Source of the DNA: Vulcanimicrobiota bacterium
GTDB lineage: Bacteria; Vulcanimicrobiota; CADAWZ01; Ess09-12
Direction: 5' to 3'
Length of the DNA stretch: 38,781 bases
NCBI GenBank assembly: GCA_031082125.1
Contig: JAVHLM010000011.1
Coordinates: forward strand, 159,054-197,834
The position numbers were made by a program, and so were the translations under genes. The notes beneath the pieces were generated by a model, which saw only the letters and a program-made list of their open reading frames with translations, made no database searches and was not told where the DNA came from. Below, in pieces: positions 17,767 to 26,772 of the stretch. Each line of letters opens with the position of its first letter. Positions within the stretch are counted from its first letter, which is position 1.

Positions 17767-17958
17767 TCACAAGAATGAATCCAGTGTGCCCCGCAATAAC
17801 TCCTGCAGAAACGGTAAAACAAGTATTCTCTGATAGAGAGGGTAATTTTCATCCCAGGCTTCCTGAGTAAAACTCTTTGCCAGGGCTGTGGAGGATGCTG
17901 AAATAACGATGAAAAGGACAAGAAGCAGGACGATTGTTCTTCTATAACTGCAAATCAT
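17767..17958 (-). CDS. Small exported protein, 63 aa; predicted signal peptide MICSYRRTIVLLLVLFIVISASSTALA, mature ~36 aa
   Basis: There is an ATGA overlap with the upstream subtilase stop. It has a classical n-h-c signal peptide ending AxA. Confidence 0.45.
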   Translation of the reverse strand: MICSYRRTIVLLLVLFIVISASSTALAKSFTQEAWDENYPLYQRILVLPFLQELLRGTLDSFL

Positions 17959-20492
17959 GGATTCACTCCCACGGCGAGCTGCCGGGCGCGGAGCACGGCC
18001 TGCTCCGGGTCAACGACGCCTGCTCCCGCCGTGTGCGCCGGGATTCTTCCCCCCGAGAGCTTTGAGATATCGACGGCGGTGTCGCTCAGGATCTGCTTGA
18101 TCTGCTGCGGGGTGAGGCTTGGATTTACCTGCTTCATCAGGGCTATGACGCCGCACACGTAAGGCGCGGCAAGAGAGCTGCCCATGCCGCTCCCCGGGGC
18201 TCCGCCCGGCGCGTTGATGTGCACGCCGGGGGCAAGCACCGTGGGGTTGTAACCCCCGGGGCCCTGGCCGCTCGGAGGCGCCCCGCTGCCGTCAAGGCCG
18301 TAATGGGCAAGGCCGTCGTCGCCATAGCTTCCCGCCGTCCCTGAGCTGTCGGAGCCGCTCACGACAATCACGTGATTGCTCATTGCGAGAGCATTGAGAT
18401 CGGTGCCGGGCTTCACCTCGCCCCATGGCGGCCTGTCCGGGGGTCCTGGATCGCCAGGCCGGTAATTCCCATTGCCGTTCCCTGCGGCTACTACCACGCT
18501 CACCCCTGCCTCTGAGAGCCCGCGGGTGACCTCCTGGTATCTCTTGAGAGACTCGGAGAAGGCGCTCCCCGGCCTGTTATGCTCCTTATCCACGTAGCCG
18601 ATGATCTTTTCCATCTGCTGGCGAACCGTGAGCTTATCGCCCCCGCTGCCCAGGACCGCCTCCCTGATGCCCGGGAAGGCGAAGCTTCCGTCTTCCTTTT
18701 TCTCCCCGATTATCCGCAACACGGTGTTCAGGTCTGCAGAGCCGCCGCCGCCGATGGATATGTTGAGGGCGCTCATCTTCTCCTTCCCTGACCGCACGTC
18801 CTGGAGAAGGCTCTCAAGGCGCCTGTTGAGAAGGTCAAAGCTCCCTGACTTCGCAAGGAACCTGTTGAGCGATTCGGCATTATCTTCGAGCTTTTCGCCC
18901 TCGGGGTTCATGCCCGCCGGGGGTTTTATCAGGGTGTTGAGGTTGGGGAAGAAGTCGGGTCCCGCCTGCTGCATGCCGGTCCCGTTTTTCTCCAGGCCGA
19001 ATCCCTTTGTCGTGGCCCCGGGCGCCACGCCATGCTCAGCGTTATTAATCTTACCCGACACGCCGAAGGAGTGGCCTCCGCACTGCTGGGCAAACTCATC
19101 GAAGTCCACGTCCAGGAAGCCTATATTCTGGCCTTCCCCCGTGATCTGCCTTCCCTGGGCATCGCGCATTTTTGAATTGACGCGCTCCCGGATCACCCTG
19201 ATCTCGTCGTTGGCCTTACCCTGCTCGACGTCCTTCTCATTTATCCTCTCCCTGTACTCCATCGAGGTGGCTGTGCCGTCTCCCTTGAAATCATACAGGC
19301 TCAGCTTCCTGAACAGGCCGGGCTCTCCCCCGTAGACTGCCTCAGTGCAGGTGAGGTTACCTTCTCCGCTCATGCGGTATGTTCTTGACGGGCCTTTCCC
19401 CTCCATGGCGCCTGTGAAACCTGGACCGACGCGGAGCCTGTCCCGATAACGGTAGAGGGAGGTAATTTCTCCCGGGATCTTCTTCCCTTCGGCGTCCAGG
19501 GTGTCAGCGGCTTTTTCCTGCAGAAGGACCTGCCCCGGGATATCCTTGCTGAACTGCACCATCTTCGAGGATCCGTCCGGCAGTGAAGCCGTGATAACAG
19601 TGGACCCGTTGGCGGCAGTGCTCACTTCCTCTTTCTTGCTCCTCCCGTCAGGGTACGTGGTGGTGATCACCGTGGTGCCCTTGGCGGATTTCTTGATTTC
19701 TTCGCGCTCCCCTCCGGGGAGAATGTGCACGCCTTCGCCCTGGGAAGCCTTTTCTGCCACTGAGAGGCCGTATTTATATTCCTTATCGGCTTTTGCGCGG
19801 GCTCCCTCGTATTCCTTCCTCATGCTCTCTGCCTTTTTGGGATCGACGGGAGCGGGAGCGGGCATGTCATCCTGTTTTGCCGGGGCCGGGGAAGGCTGGC
19901 CTGCCCTGGGCCGGGGAGCCGGTGCAGGCGCGGCATCTTTGATCCGGGACTCGCTCTCCTCATCGTCCAGCATCAGGAGGGTGCCGTTGGAGCCCGCCTC
20001 TATCCTGGGAGCAAGATCATTCCTTCTCATATTGTGGGAGCTTACTGCCTGAGCAATGGCCCCCGGGACTGCGCTTTTCAGGAGCGACTGCGGAGTCGCG
20101 GTGCCATTGGGCTCCTGCGCGGGAGCGGCAAAGTCAGGAGAGCCATCGGTGCCTGCCGTTGCTCCTGGGCCGCTGTGGAAATCAGTGGTCTTTGCTGAAG
20201 AGCTCTGCTGCTGTTCCCTGCCGGTGCCACCCGCCATGCGCCAGAGTGCCTTGAATTTCTCAGCGGAAAACGATCCCGGCTTGAATGCCGTACCCGGGCC
20301 TTCAGGAACGCTCCCCCTCCCCACCTCGCCGCTTGGCGTGAATTCTTCCTTTCCATTGCAGCCGCTGCCCGCCTCTTCGCCGGGAGCCTGTGACGGTGCA
20401 CCAGGCCTTTTCTCATAAGCCCTGTGGCTCGTGATAGCCGGTATTGTGCCCTGGTGGCCGGGCACCCTCTGTCCTTCACCTATGGAGCTCAT
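17955..20492 (-). CDS. 845-aa protein with a C-terminal subtilisin-like (S8) peptidase domain and a ~480-aa non-protease N-terminal region; no signal peptide
   Basis: 'VSVVVAAGNGNGN', 'GVAPGA' and 'GMGSSLAAPYVCGVIALMKQ' align with the subtilisin Asn, His-region and Ser motifs. The N-terminus is hydrophilic. Confidence 0.65.
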   Translation of the reverse strand: MSSIGEGQRVPGHQGTIPAITSHRAYEKRPGAPSQAPGEEAGSGCNGKEEFTPSGEVGRGSVPEGPGTAFKPGSFSAEKFKALWRMAGGTGREQQQSSSAKTTDFHSGPGATAGTDGSPDFAAPAQEPNGTATPQSLLKSAVPGAIAQAVSSHNMRRNDLAPRIEAGSNGTLLMLDDEESESRIKDAAPAPAPRPRAGQPSPAPAKQDDMPAPAPVDPKKAESMRKEYEGARAKADKEYKYGLSVAEKASQGEGVHILPGGEREEIKKSAKGTTVITTTYPDGRSKKEEVSTAANGSTVITASLPDGSSKMVQFSKDIPGQVLLQEKAADTLDAEGKKIPGEITSLYRYRDRLRVGPGFTGAMEGKGPSRTYRMSGEGNLTCTEAVYGGEPGLFRKLSLYDFKGDGTATSMEYRERINEKDVEQGKANDEIRVIRERVNSKMRDAQGRQITGEGQNIGFLDVDFDEFAQQCGGHSFGVSGKINNAEHGVAPGATTKGFGLEKNGTGMQQAGPDFFPNLNTLIKPPAGMNPEGEKLEDNAESLNRFLAKSGSFDLLNRRLESLLQDVRSGKEKMSALNISIGGGGSADLNTVLRIIGEKKEDGSFAFPGIREAVLGSGGDKLTVRQQMEKIIGYVDKEHNRPGSAFSESLKRYQEVTRGLSEAGVSVVVAAGNGNGNYRPGDPGPPDRPPWGEVKPGTDLNALAMSNHVIVVSGSDSSGTAGSYGDDGLAHYGLDGSGAPPSGQGPGGYNPTVLAPGVHINAPGGAPGSGMGSSLAAPYVCGVIALMKQVNPSLTPQQIKQILSDTAVDISKLSGGRIPAHTAGAGVVDPEQAVLRARQLAVGVNP

Positions 20493-20722
20493 TGAATCAC
20501 CGCCTGAAAAATAAAAAAACCAGTAGATTCACGTTTCCCTGGCTCTCCTGCCCAATGTCCCTGTCTTTTCGTTCAGTTATCTTTTATATTATTATAAGGC
20601 CTCCATATTGCCATTGTATTACTGCAATGTAAATTTTTCTTGAAATGCGAAGACCTTTTTCCCGGCACATGGACAGCGGCACCTGTGTCATGGCTTCAGC
20701 GGCCTGTCAGAAAGCGGCTCTT

Positions 20723-22186
20723 CTAAAGAAGGCGTTCTTCAGGCCTGTTCTCCCCAAGCTTTTCCTTTAAAAGTGTTCCGTTATTTCCATAAAAAGGTTC
20801 TTCAAAGGCCTCAAGCTTCCTGATATAGTCCCGGTGATATTTTTCAGCCTGCCTGAGCGCCAGGCCGCAGGTGATCCTGTTCCCGTAGGTTCTCTCCAGA
20901 AACATTCTCTTGAAGCTGTAAAATTTCTTGTTGGCTCTCTGCACCGCTCTCTGGAGAACGCTTGGCCGCATATGCATGGGAAAGAAGACAGAATGATGAC
21001 AGTCGTAATATCTCCAGTCATAGGTAAAGATCCGGTTTTCCTCGACGCACTGAGTAAATACCTCCGATCCCGGCAGGGGGCAGAGTATGAAAAGCTGCAT
21101 GACGGCCATGCCAAGCTCAATGGCGTGGTCAACGGTTTCTGCCACCGTCTCTTCCGTATCGGAGTCCGATCCGACAATGAACATCCCGTTCACCTTGAGA
21201 CCGTGCTTTCTTGCCTGCTCCACGGCAAACCGGATCTGCTCGACAGATATGTTCTTCTTCCATTCCTTCAGTGAGCCTCTGCTGATGGACTCGAAGCCCA
21301 CATGGAGGAGCCCGAAGCCTGCCTCGTTGATAAGGGAGAGGAACTCCTCATCCTTGAAAGTCTCAACTCTGAGCTGCATGTTATAAAGGACATGACGGGG
21401 CTTCCCCAGCCTGATCATCTTCCTCAGGAGCTCTTTTGCGCGGTCCATGTCAACGGTGAAATTGTCATCGATGATCATTATGGATTTTCTCTCTTTTATG
21501 CCCTTGAGAGCATTTCTGATGTCGTCGATGCAGCAGTCAAGATCCCGGTAGCGCAGCTTCCTTCCCGCAAGCTTGATCACCGTGCAGTATCTGCAGTTGA
21601 ATGGGCATCCACGGGAGGTATAGACCATGGGAGTATAGAAGAACCTGCTTCCCAGTCCGTTCTTATAGGCTTCTATCCCCTTGACCCTGGAGAAGGTGGC
21701 GGGGACATTGATAAATTCATCACTAATCTCCCGGTCCTCATTGTGGACTATGGCCCCATCCTTTCTGTAGGAGAGCCCCTTTATTCCCTCCACGCCGCTG
21801 CCTGCATTGAGAGCGGCGAGAAGCTCCAGGAATGTCTTCTCCGCCTCGCCCCGGGCGACATAATCACAGTGGCCGAGCGCCTCGTCGGGCTGAAAGGTGG
21901 CGTGGGGCCCTCCCATGATGACGGTTTTCCCGCGCTTTTTCAGGGCATCTGCATACCGGTAGCCCTGATGCGATGAGTTTGTCAATATGGAGATTCCCAG
22001 GAGGTCATAGCCCTCAAGCTCACCCATCGAGGGCTTTCTTATCTTGTCGCTGAATATGTCAACTTCATATCCCTCATGCTCGAGCAGGTTCCCCAGCACG
22101 GGAAGGCCAAGCCGCGGAATTCCAATCAGCTTGTAAATATTGGGGATATCGGTATCAGGCTCGACAAGGGCAATCCTTTTTATCAT
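20723..22186 (-). CDS. B12-binding-domain radical SAM protein (class B rSAM)
   Basis: It has an N-terminal B12-binding-like Rossmann fold, then 'YTSRGCPFNCRYCTV' CxxxCxxC. There is a C-terminal extension of ~120 aa. Confidence 0.8.
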   Translation of the reverse strand: MIKRIALVEPDTDIPNIYKLIGIPRLGLPVLGNLLEHEGYEVDIFSDKIRKPSMGELEGYDLLGISILTNSSHQGYRYADALKKRGKTVIMGGPHATFQPDEALGHCDYVARGEAEKTFLELLAALNAGSGVEGIKGLSYRKDGAIVHNEDREISDEFINVPATFSRVKGIEAYKNGLGSRFFYTPMVYTSRGCPFNCRYCTVIKLAGRKLRYRDLDCCIDDIRNALKGIKERKSIMIIDDNFTVDMDRAKELLRKMIRLGKPRHVLYNMQLRVETFKDEEFLSLINEAGFGLLHVGFESISRGSLKEWKKNISVEQIRFAVEQARKHGLKVNGMFIVGSDSDTEETVAETVDHAIELGMAVMQLFILCPLPGSEVFTQCVEENRIFTYDWRYYDCHHSVFFPMHMRPSVLQRAVQRANKKFYSFKRMFLERTYGNRITCGLALRQAEKYHRDYIRKLEAFEEPFYGNNGTLLKEKLGENRPEERLL

Positions 22187-22502
22187 GGGAATCACCATGC
22201 TCCGGTTTCTTATCAGGATCCAATCTTAACAGATAATGGCCCGCAGTGCAAGGCCCAGAAAAAGGAGATATAGCCGGCAGCATTGCGAAGAGCAGGGCAC
22301 TCAGCCAGCTCAGCATGGAAAGCTCGACCCTGCGGCCCATCGCCCCCTGTGAGAAATGCAGGAGAGGCTTTCTGCTCTCAAGCTGGTATCCTCCCAGGAG
22401 GCGCGGATAAGTAAAGATGAAAACGATGAAGCATGCGATGAGCACCGCTGCCTGCACTAGCTTTCTGCGCAGGGGGAGGCCTCTTTCTGCCGGGGAAGGC
22501 AC
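22155..22502 (-). CDS. Possible small membrane protein ORF between the PilZ gene and the rSAM gene; it overlaps the rSAM start
   Basis: The ORF starts 15 nt after the PilZ stop. It has two hydrophobic helices. There is no homology, and its real extent is uncertain. Confidence 0.25.
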   Translation of the reverse strand: MPSPAERGLPLRRKLVQAAVLIACFIVFIFTYPRLLGGYQLESRKPLLHFSQGAMGRRVELSMLSWLSALLFAMLPAISPFSGPCTAGHYLLRLDPDKKPEHGDSHDKKDCPCRA

Positions 22503-22517
22503 CGGGAAATCAACTGT

Positions 22518-22916
22518 TCAGTGGCCGATGAGATAATAGCGGTCAATGAAAAACTCCAGCTTTTTAGCGTCCTTGTCACTGATGTTGACGAACTCTATCC
22601 CGCCTTCATAATGAAGCCCGGCCGCCGAGTGCCTTTCATCGCACCACACCACGCGCCCGGTTACCTCGAGCGATAAAAGCGCAGGGTGGAGCGCTATCCT
22701 GATAGTAAGAATCTCATCAGCGATCAGCATGTGGTGAGAAATAAAGTTCAGCCCCGCGGTGCTCACGTTCTCTGATTTCACCTCAAAGACTGACTCACTC
22801 CGAGGGCTGGAGCATTCCAGGGAGAGCACCATTTTGAATCGGCTGGCTTTTCTGCGCTCTGTTCCCGAAAAGACGCTTTTTGCATCGGGTATTCCGCCAT
22901 ATTTTGCAGTACCCAT
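22518..22916 (-). CDS. PilZ-domain protein (c-di-GMP receptor family)
   Basis: It has the 'RRKASR' (RxxxR) and 'NVSTAGL' (D/NxSxxG) motifs. The RBS AAAGGGG precedes the ATG. Confidence 0.65.
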   Translation of the reverse strand: MGTAKYGGIPDAKSVFSGTERRKASRFKMVLSLECSSPRSESVFEVKSENVSTAGLNFISHHMLIADEILTIRIALHPALLSLEVTGRVVWCDERHSAAGLHYEGGIEFVNISDKDAKKLEFFIDRYYLIGH

Positions 22917-23070
22917 TGATTCGCCCCTTTCCCTGGTTCTCTTACCGCGGCATGGCCTTCATCAGAACTTCAGATAAAGCCGCCGCGTAAAATGCATTCC
23001 CCTGTTTCCATTGTAATGCAGCAGCGCTGGCAGATCCTCCCTCATAAGACCTATTTTTACCGTACTGTAT

Positions 23071-23088
23071 GAACTATTCCGGTAGTTC
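23071..23088. promoter_or_regulatory. Perfect inverted repeat GAACTA-N6-TAGTTC in the divergent intergenic region between the PilZ operon and the MVP gene
   Basis: The 6-bp arms with a 6-nt spacer were read directly from the sequence. It is a candidate operator. Confidence 0.25.
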
Positions 23089-23126
23089 AAAGGACTGAGT
23101 GCACCGGTTGAGGGTATTCCTCAGAT

Positions 23127-25739
23127 GTGATGAATATCACAGACTTGTTCCGCAGATTTGCTACAATGAGTGCAAGACCAGAAAGAATCCAGAGGGAAGA
23201 AAGGAATACAATGTCAGAGAATACGCGAGAGAGAGATTTGGTGCTTGCCCCGAATGAATATGCCTTTATCCTCGATGAGACCAAGGGCCATGTGATTGCT
23301 TACGTGGGCCCCTTCAAAACAAGCCTTGCCAACACCGACAGGCCCGTCATTTTCGAGGAGCTGTCACGGAAGTTCAAGAGATGCAGCCTTGAAGAGGCGA
23401 TCACTCAGTTCCCCTTCGCCGAGGAGGGGTGGTACATAGTGCTTGAAAACCCGGTGAAGGAAGGAGATGAAGAGCATCCCAAAAGCGGCCCCGCGAGCCT
23501 TCCGAGGCTTGCGCCGGGAAGAAAGGTGAACATTCCCGGTCCCGTCACCTTCCCTCTGTGGCCCGGCCAGGTGGCCCATGTCATCCAGGGGCATCACCTG
23601 CGCTCAAACCACTATCTCGTGATCAGGGTTTACAACGAGGAAGCGGCGAGAGATAACTGGGCCAAGGCAGTCATCAAGCCCCAGAAAGCCTCTCCCGCGG
23701 GGGCACCTGATATAGACAAGGGAAAAGCCGATGATTCCGGCAAGCCGGCAGGCGGCACCACGGTGAAGCCCGATGTGGAGATACCCGATCTCACCATCGG
23801 CAAGCTCCTCGTGGTGAAAGGAACGGATGTCTCTTTCTATATCCCTCCCACGGGCATTGAGGTGGTAAGGGATGAAAACGGGAACTACGTGAGAGAGGCT
23901 GTCACCCTGGAACGGCTTGAATACTGTATCCTCCTGGACGAGGACGGCAACAAGCGCTTCATCGAAGGCCCTGCCGTGGTATTCCCGAGGCCCACGGAGC
24001 GGTTCGTCGAGAAGAGCGGGGCCAGGAAGTTCAAAGCCATTGAGCTGAACGAGATAAGCGGCCTCTACATCAAGGTGATAGCACCCTACAGGGATGAAAA
24101 GGGCACGGAATACAAGGTGGGAGACGAGCTTTTCATCACAGGCAAGGACCAGATGATCTACTTCCCGAGGCCCGAGCATGCCATCATCAAGTACGGCGAC
24201 CAGGAGATCCACTTTGCCGCAGCAATCCCCACGGGTGAAGCCCGGTATGTCCTCAACAGGGTCTCGGGGGAGATCAGCCTGAAAAGGGGCCCCTGCATGT
24301 TCCTGCCCGATCCCCGCAAAGAGGTGAACATCCAGCGGATCCTGGAGCCCAAGATCGTGCAGCTCTATTATCCCGGCAACCAGGAAGCCCTGGAATACAA
24401 CCTGAAGCTCATGGATCTCAAGAGGATCACCAGGAGCGACTTCATTGACACCACGCAGGTAAAGAAGGAGATGGCGGGCCAGGGAGCCGACAAAGGGCGC
24501 AAGCCTCTTTCAAGAGGAAGGAGCGAGGCTGAGGAAGCCCCGGACAGCTTCGCGGGCGATGACTTCAACAGGAAACAGGGATTCACGCCGCCCAGGACCA
24601 TCACCATGGACACCAAGTATGAGGGCGCTGTCTCGATCAACGTGTGGACCGGCTATGCCATCATGGTGGTGAACAGGACAGGAGAGCGCAAGGTCGTAGT
24701 CGGCCCCCAGACCCATATCCTTGAATTTGATGAGATGCTCGAGGCCATGAAGCTCTCCACGGGCACTCCCAAGAGCGACGACAACGTCATCAGGACAGTG
24801 TACCTGAGGGTCCTCAACAACAAGGTCTCCGATATCGTCAACGCCGAAACCCAGGACCTCTGCCAGGTGAGCATCCAGATCTCATACCGCGTCAATTTTG
24901 AAGGAGACCCCGTGAAATGGTTCGACGTGGAGGATTACGTGAAGTTCCTCACCGAGCACATGCGATCCGTTCTGCGCAATGCCATAAAGCACTATGGCAT
25001 CGAGGAGTTCTATGCAAATTCGATCAAGATAATAAGGGATACCATTCTCGGGACTGCCGGCGAGGAGTCGAAGCGCCCGGGGAAGCGCTTTGACGAGAAC
25101 GGCATGCGCATCTATGACGTGGAAGTCCTGGGAGTTGGAATCGGCGACGAGGTGATAGCGGGCCTTCTCATGGAGGCGCAGCACTCGGTGGCCCAGCAGA
25201 CCATCAGTATCACCAAGGAGCAGAAGAACCTGGAGATGACCAGGAGGCTCGAGGAGATAAAGCAGCAGATAAGCGCCGCCCAGTCCGAGACGATGCTGAA
25301 GCATATCACGCTTGAGATAGCGGAAGTGGAGAAAACTCTTGAACTGAGCCTCTCGAAAATAAAAAGCGAGGTTGATGCCGCCAACCTGCGCCTCGCCTCG
25401 CAGCTTGAGCAGCAGGGCAGGCTCAGCGACATCGCCGAAGCAGAGCTTGACAGGGAGAGGAAGCATAAGGAGCAGGAAATGGAGTTTGCGCAGGAAGCCC
25501 TCAAGCAGCGCATTGAGGAGCTCGGCGCCCAGGTGAAGGCAGTAGTCGATAAGGCAGCGGCCGTATCGCCTGATTTCATCGCCGCCCTGCAGTCCTTTGC
25601 AGACAAGAGCCTCGCGGAAAAGATGGCCGACACCATGGCCCCGCTTGCGATACTCGGAGGCAAGAGCATCGCCGAGGTCTTCGCCCAGCTTCTGAAGGAC
25701 ACGCCGCTTGAAGAGGTGATAAAGAAGAGAGCGAAGTAA
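23127..25739 (+). CDS. Major vault protein (MVP) homologue, 840-870 aa
   Basis: The N-terminal repeats 'PNEYAFILDETKGHVIAYVGPFKT' and 'FPLWPGQVAHV' resemble the MVP 'PPYHYIHVLDQNSNV..VGPKTY' and 'FPLYPGEVLE' segments. The C-terminal shoulder and cap-helix-like coiled coil (…IKIIRDTILG…LEEIKQQISAAQ…) and the overall length also fit MVP. The likely true start is ATG 23214 (MSENTRERD), which has a purine-rich RBS. Confidence 0.7.
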   Translation: MMNITDLFRRFATMSARPERIQREERNTMSENTRERDLVLAPNEYAFILDETKGHVIAYVGPFKTSLANTDRPVIFEELSRKFKRCSLEEAITQFPFAEEGWYIVLENPVKEGDEEHPKSGPASLPRLAPGRKVNIPGPVTFPLWPGQVAHVIQGHHLRSNHYLVIRVYNEEAARDNWAKAVIKPQKASPAGAPDIDKGKADDSGKPAGGTTVKPDVEIPDLTIGKLLVVKGTDVSFYIPPTGIEVVRDENGNYVREAVTLERLEYCILLDEDGNKRFIEGPAVVFPRPTERFVEKSGARKFKAIELNEISGLYIKVIAPYRDEKGTEYKVGDELFITGKDQMIYFPRPEHAIIKYGDQEIHFAAAIPTGEARYVLNRVSGEISLKRGPCMFLPDPRKEVNIQRILEPKIVQLYYPGNQEALEYNLKLMDLKRITRSDFIDTTQVKKEMAGQGADKGRKPLSRGRSEAEEAPDSFAGDDFNRKQGFTPPRTITMDTKYEGAVSINVWTGYAIMVVNRTGERKVVVGPQTHILEFDEMLEAMKLSTGTPKSDDNVIRTVYLRVLNNKVSDIVNAETQDLCQVSIQISYRVNFEGDPVKWFDVEDYVKFLTEHMRSVLRNAIKHYGIEEFYANSIKIIRDTILGTAGEESKRPGKRFDENGMRIYDVEVLGVGIGDEVIAGLLMEAQHSVAQQTISITKEQKNLEMTRRLEEIKQQISAAQSETMLKHITLEIAEVEKTLELSLSKIKSEVDAANLRLASQLEQQGRLSDIAEAELDRERKHKEQEMEFAQEALKQRIEELGAQVKAVVDKAAAVSPDFIAALQSFADKSLAEKMADTMAPLAILGGKSIAEVFAQLLKDTPLEEVIKKRAK

Positions 25740-25773
25740 CGGCCTGAGGGGAAAGACAGCTGAAAGCCTCGAA

Positions 25774-25815
25774 GGGGCGGCGGCCGCAAAGGTGCTGCCC
25801 CTTTATCTTTTCTTG
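25774..25815. terminator. GC-rich hairpin (GGGGCGGC...GCTGCCCC) followed by a T-tract, between the convergent MVP and 25803 genes
   Basis: The stem and TTTATCTTTTCTT tract were read from the sequence. They overlap the last codons of the minus-strand gene. Confidence 0.4.
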
Positions 25816-26198
25816 CGCCCTCCGTCGAGGAGGTCCCTGTAGATGGTGATCTCCAGGTTGGTCCCGCCGTAGTCGTCGGTGGTGATTGTGGGGATCCTGA
25901 GCAGGTACGACTCACTCGCCTCGAGCTCCTTCTCGGCCTTGAGGGCGGCATCGTGGAGGCGCCTGAGGCCCAGGGGGTATTTCCTGAGGTCAATCTTTTC
26001 CTTGCGGTAAAAATAGCCGAGGGTGTGCTCGACGATCTTCTTCGCCCTGGGGTTCAGCTCGGGAAGGGGGAGCTTTGAGACGGGCTCGTCAACGACCCTC
26101 TTTATCTCGGTTTTGGGGGCTATCATGAAGATGACGAGGTAGAGTACCGCAATGACTCCGATGACGCCGGCGACAATAACACCGATGCTTTCAAACAT
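25803..26198 (-). CDS. N-terminally TM-anchored protein of unknown function
   Basis: It has one N-terminal hydrophobic helix and then a charged ~100-aa domain. The RBS GGGGGAG precedes the ATG. Confidence 0.5.
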   Translation of the reverse strand: MFESIGVIVAGVIGVIAVLYLVIFMIAPKTEIKRVVDEPVSKLPLPELNPRAKKIVEHTLGYFYRKEKIDLRKYPLGLRRLHDAALKAEKELEASESYLLRIPTITTDDYGGTNLEITIYRDLLDGGRKKR

Positions 26199-26340
26199 TC
26201 TTCCGCTCCCCCCTGCCCTTTAAGCACCATTATACCACAGGGCCGGTGGTGAGTAAACCATCACTTCATAAAAAAACCCGGGGCACCGCGTGGATGCTCC
26301 GGGCGACAGAGGGAACTCTGTCATGAGGTATGCCTGCTGC

Positions 26341-26772
26341 TCAGAACAGTTTGTTCTTGGGATCAAACTCATCGAGACGGTACTTGTCGATGAATTTCTC
26401 GAAGAACCTCGTGTCCTCATCGCTCATGGAAATAATCTCGATTCCGCCCTCATAGAAGGACTTGCCGTACATCATCTTCCTGTCGCACCATACGACACGG
26501 CCCTTGGCAGAAATCGTCGGGAAATGCGAATGGAGCAGGACCTTCATCGCGATAATCTCGCCTGCGAAGAGCTTTTTCGAGGAGACAAATTTTATCCCGT
26601 GCACGTTGACATTTTCCGTCATAAGCTGGAAGGGATCCTGGTGCTCCTGGCTCTGGCAGCTCACTATCAGAAGCATCTTGATGCGCTTGAGCTTTCTCCT
26701 GTCCGTATCATGCGAGGAGGCCTGAGCTTTCACCGGGGCAGTCTCCTTCTGCCGTTTCAGTATTGGCCACAT
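26341..26772 (-). CDS. PilZ-domain protein, a paralogue of the 22518 gene
   Basis: It has the 'DRRKLKR' and 'NVNVHGI' motifs. The C-terminus 'GRVVWCDRKMMYGKSFYEGGIEIISMSDEDTRFFEKFIDKYRL' is nearly collinear with 'GRVVWCDERHSAAGLHYEGGIEFVNISDKDAKKLEFFIDRYYL'. Confidence 0.65.
   Translation of the reverse strand: MWPILKRQKETAPVKAQASSHDTDRRKLKRIKMLLIVSCQSQEHQDPFQLMTENVNVHGIKFVSSKKLFAGEIIAMKVLLHSHFPTISAKGRVVWCDRKMMYGKSFYEGGIEIISMSDEDTRFFEKFIDKYRLDEFDPKNKLF

Noticed and set aside
20493-20722. AT-rich 230-bp spacer between the rSAM and S8 genes as a possible small RNA or riboswitch
   Set aside because: It contains promoter-like TTTACA/TATAAT hexamers on the minus strand upstream of the S8 gene, but I could see no conserved riboswitch structure. 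It is most simply the S8 promoter region.
22076-22273. 65-aa + strand ORF across the rSAM start region
   Set aside because: It is antisense to the rSAM gene and to the small membrane ORF, and it has no RBS. It is probably spurious.
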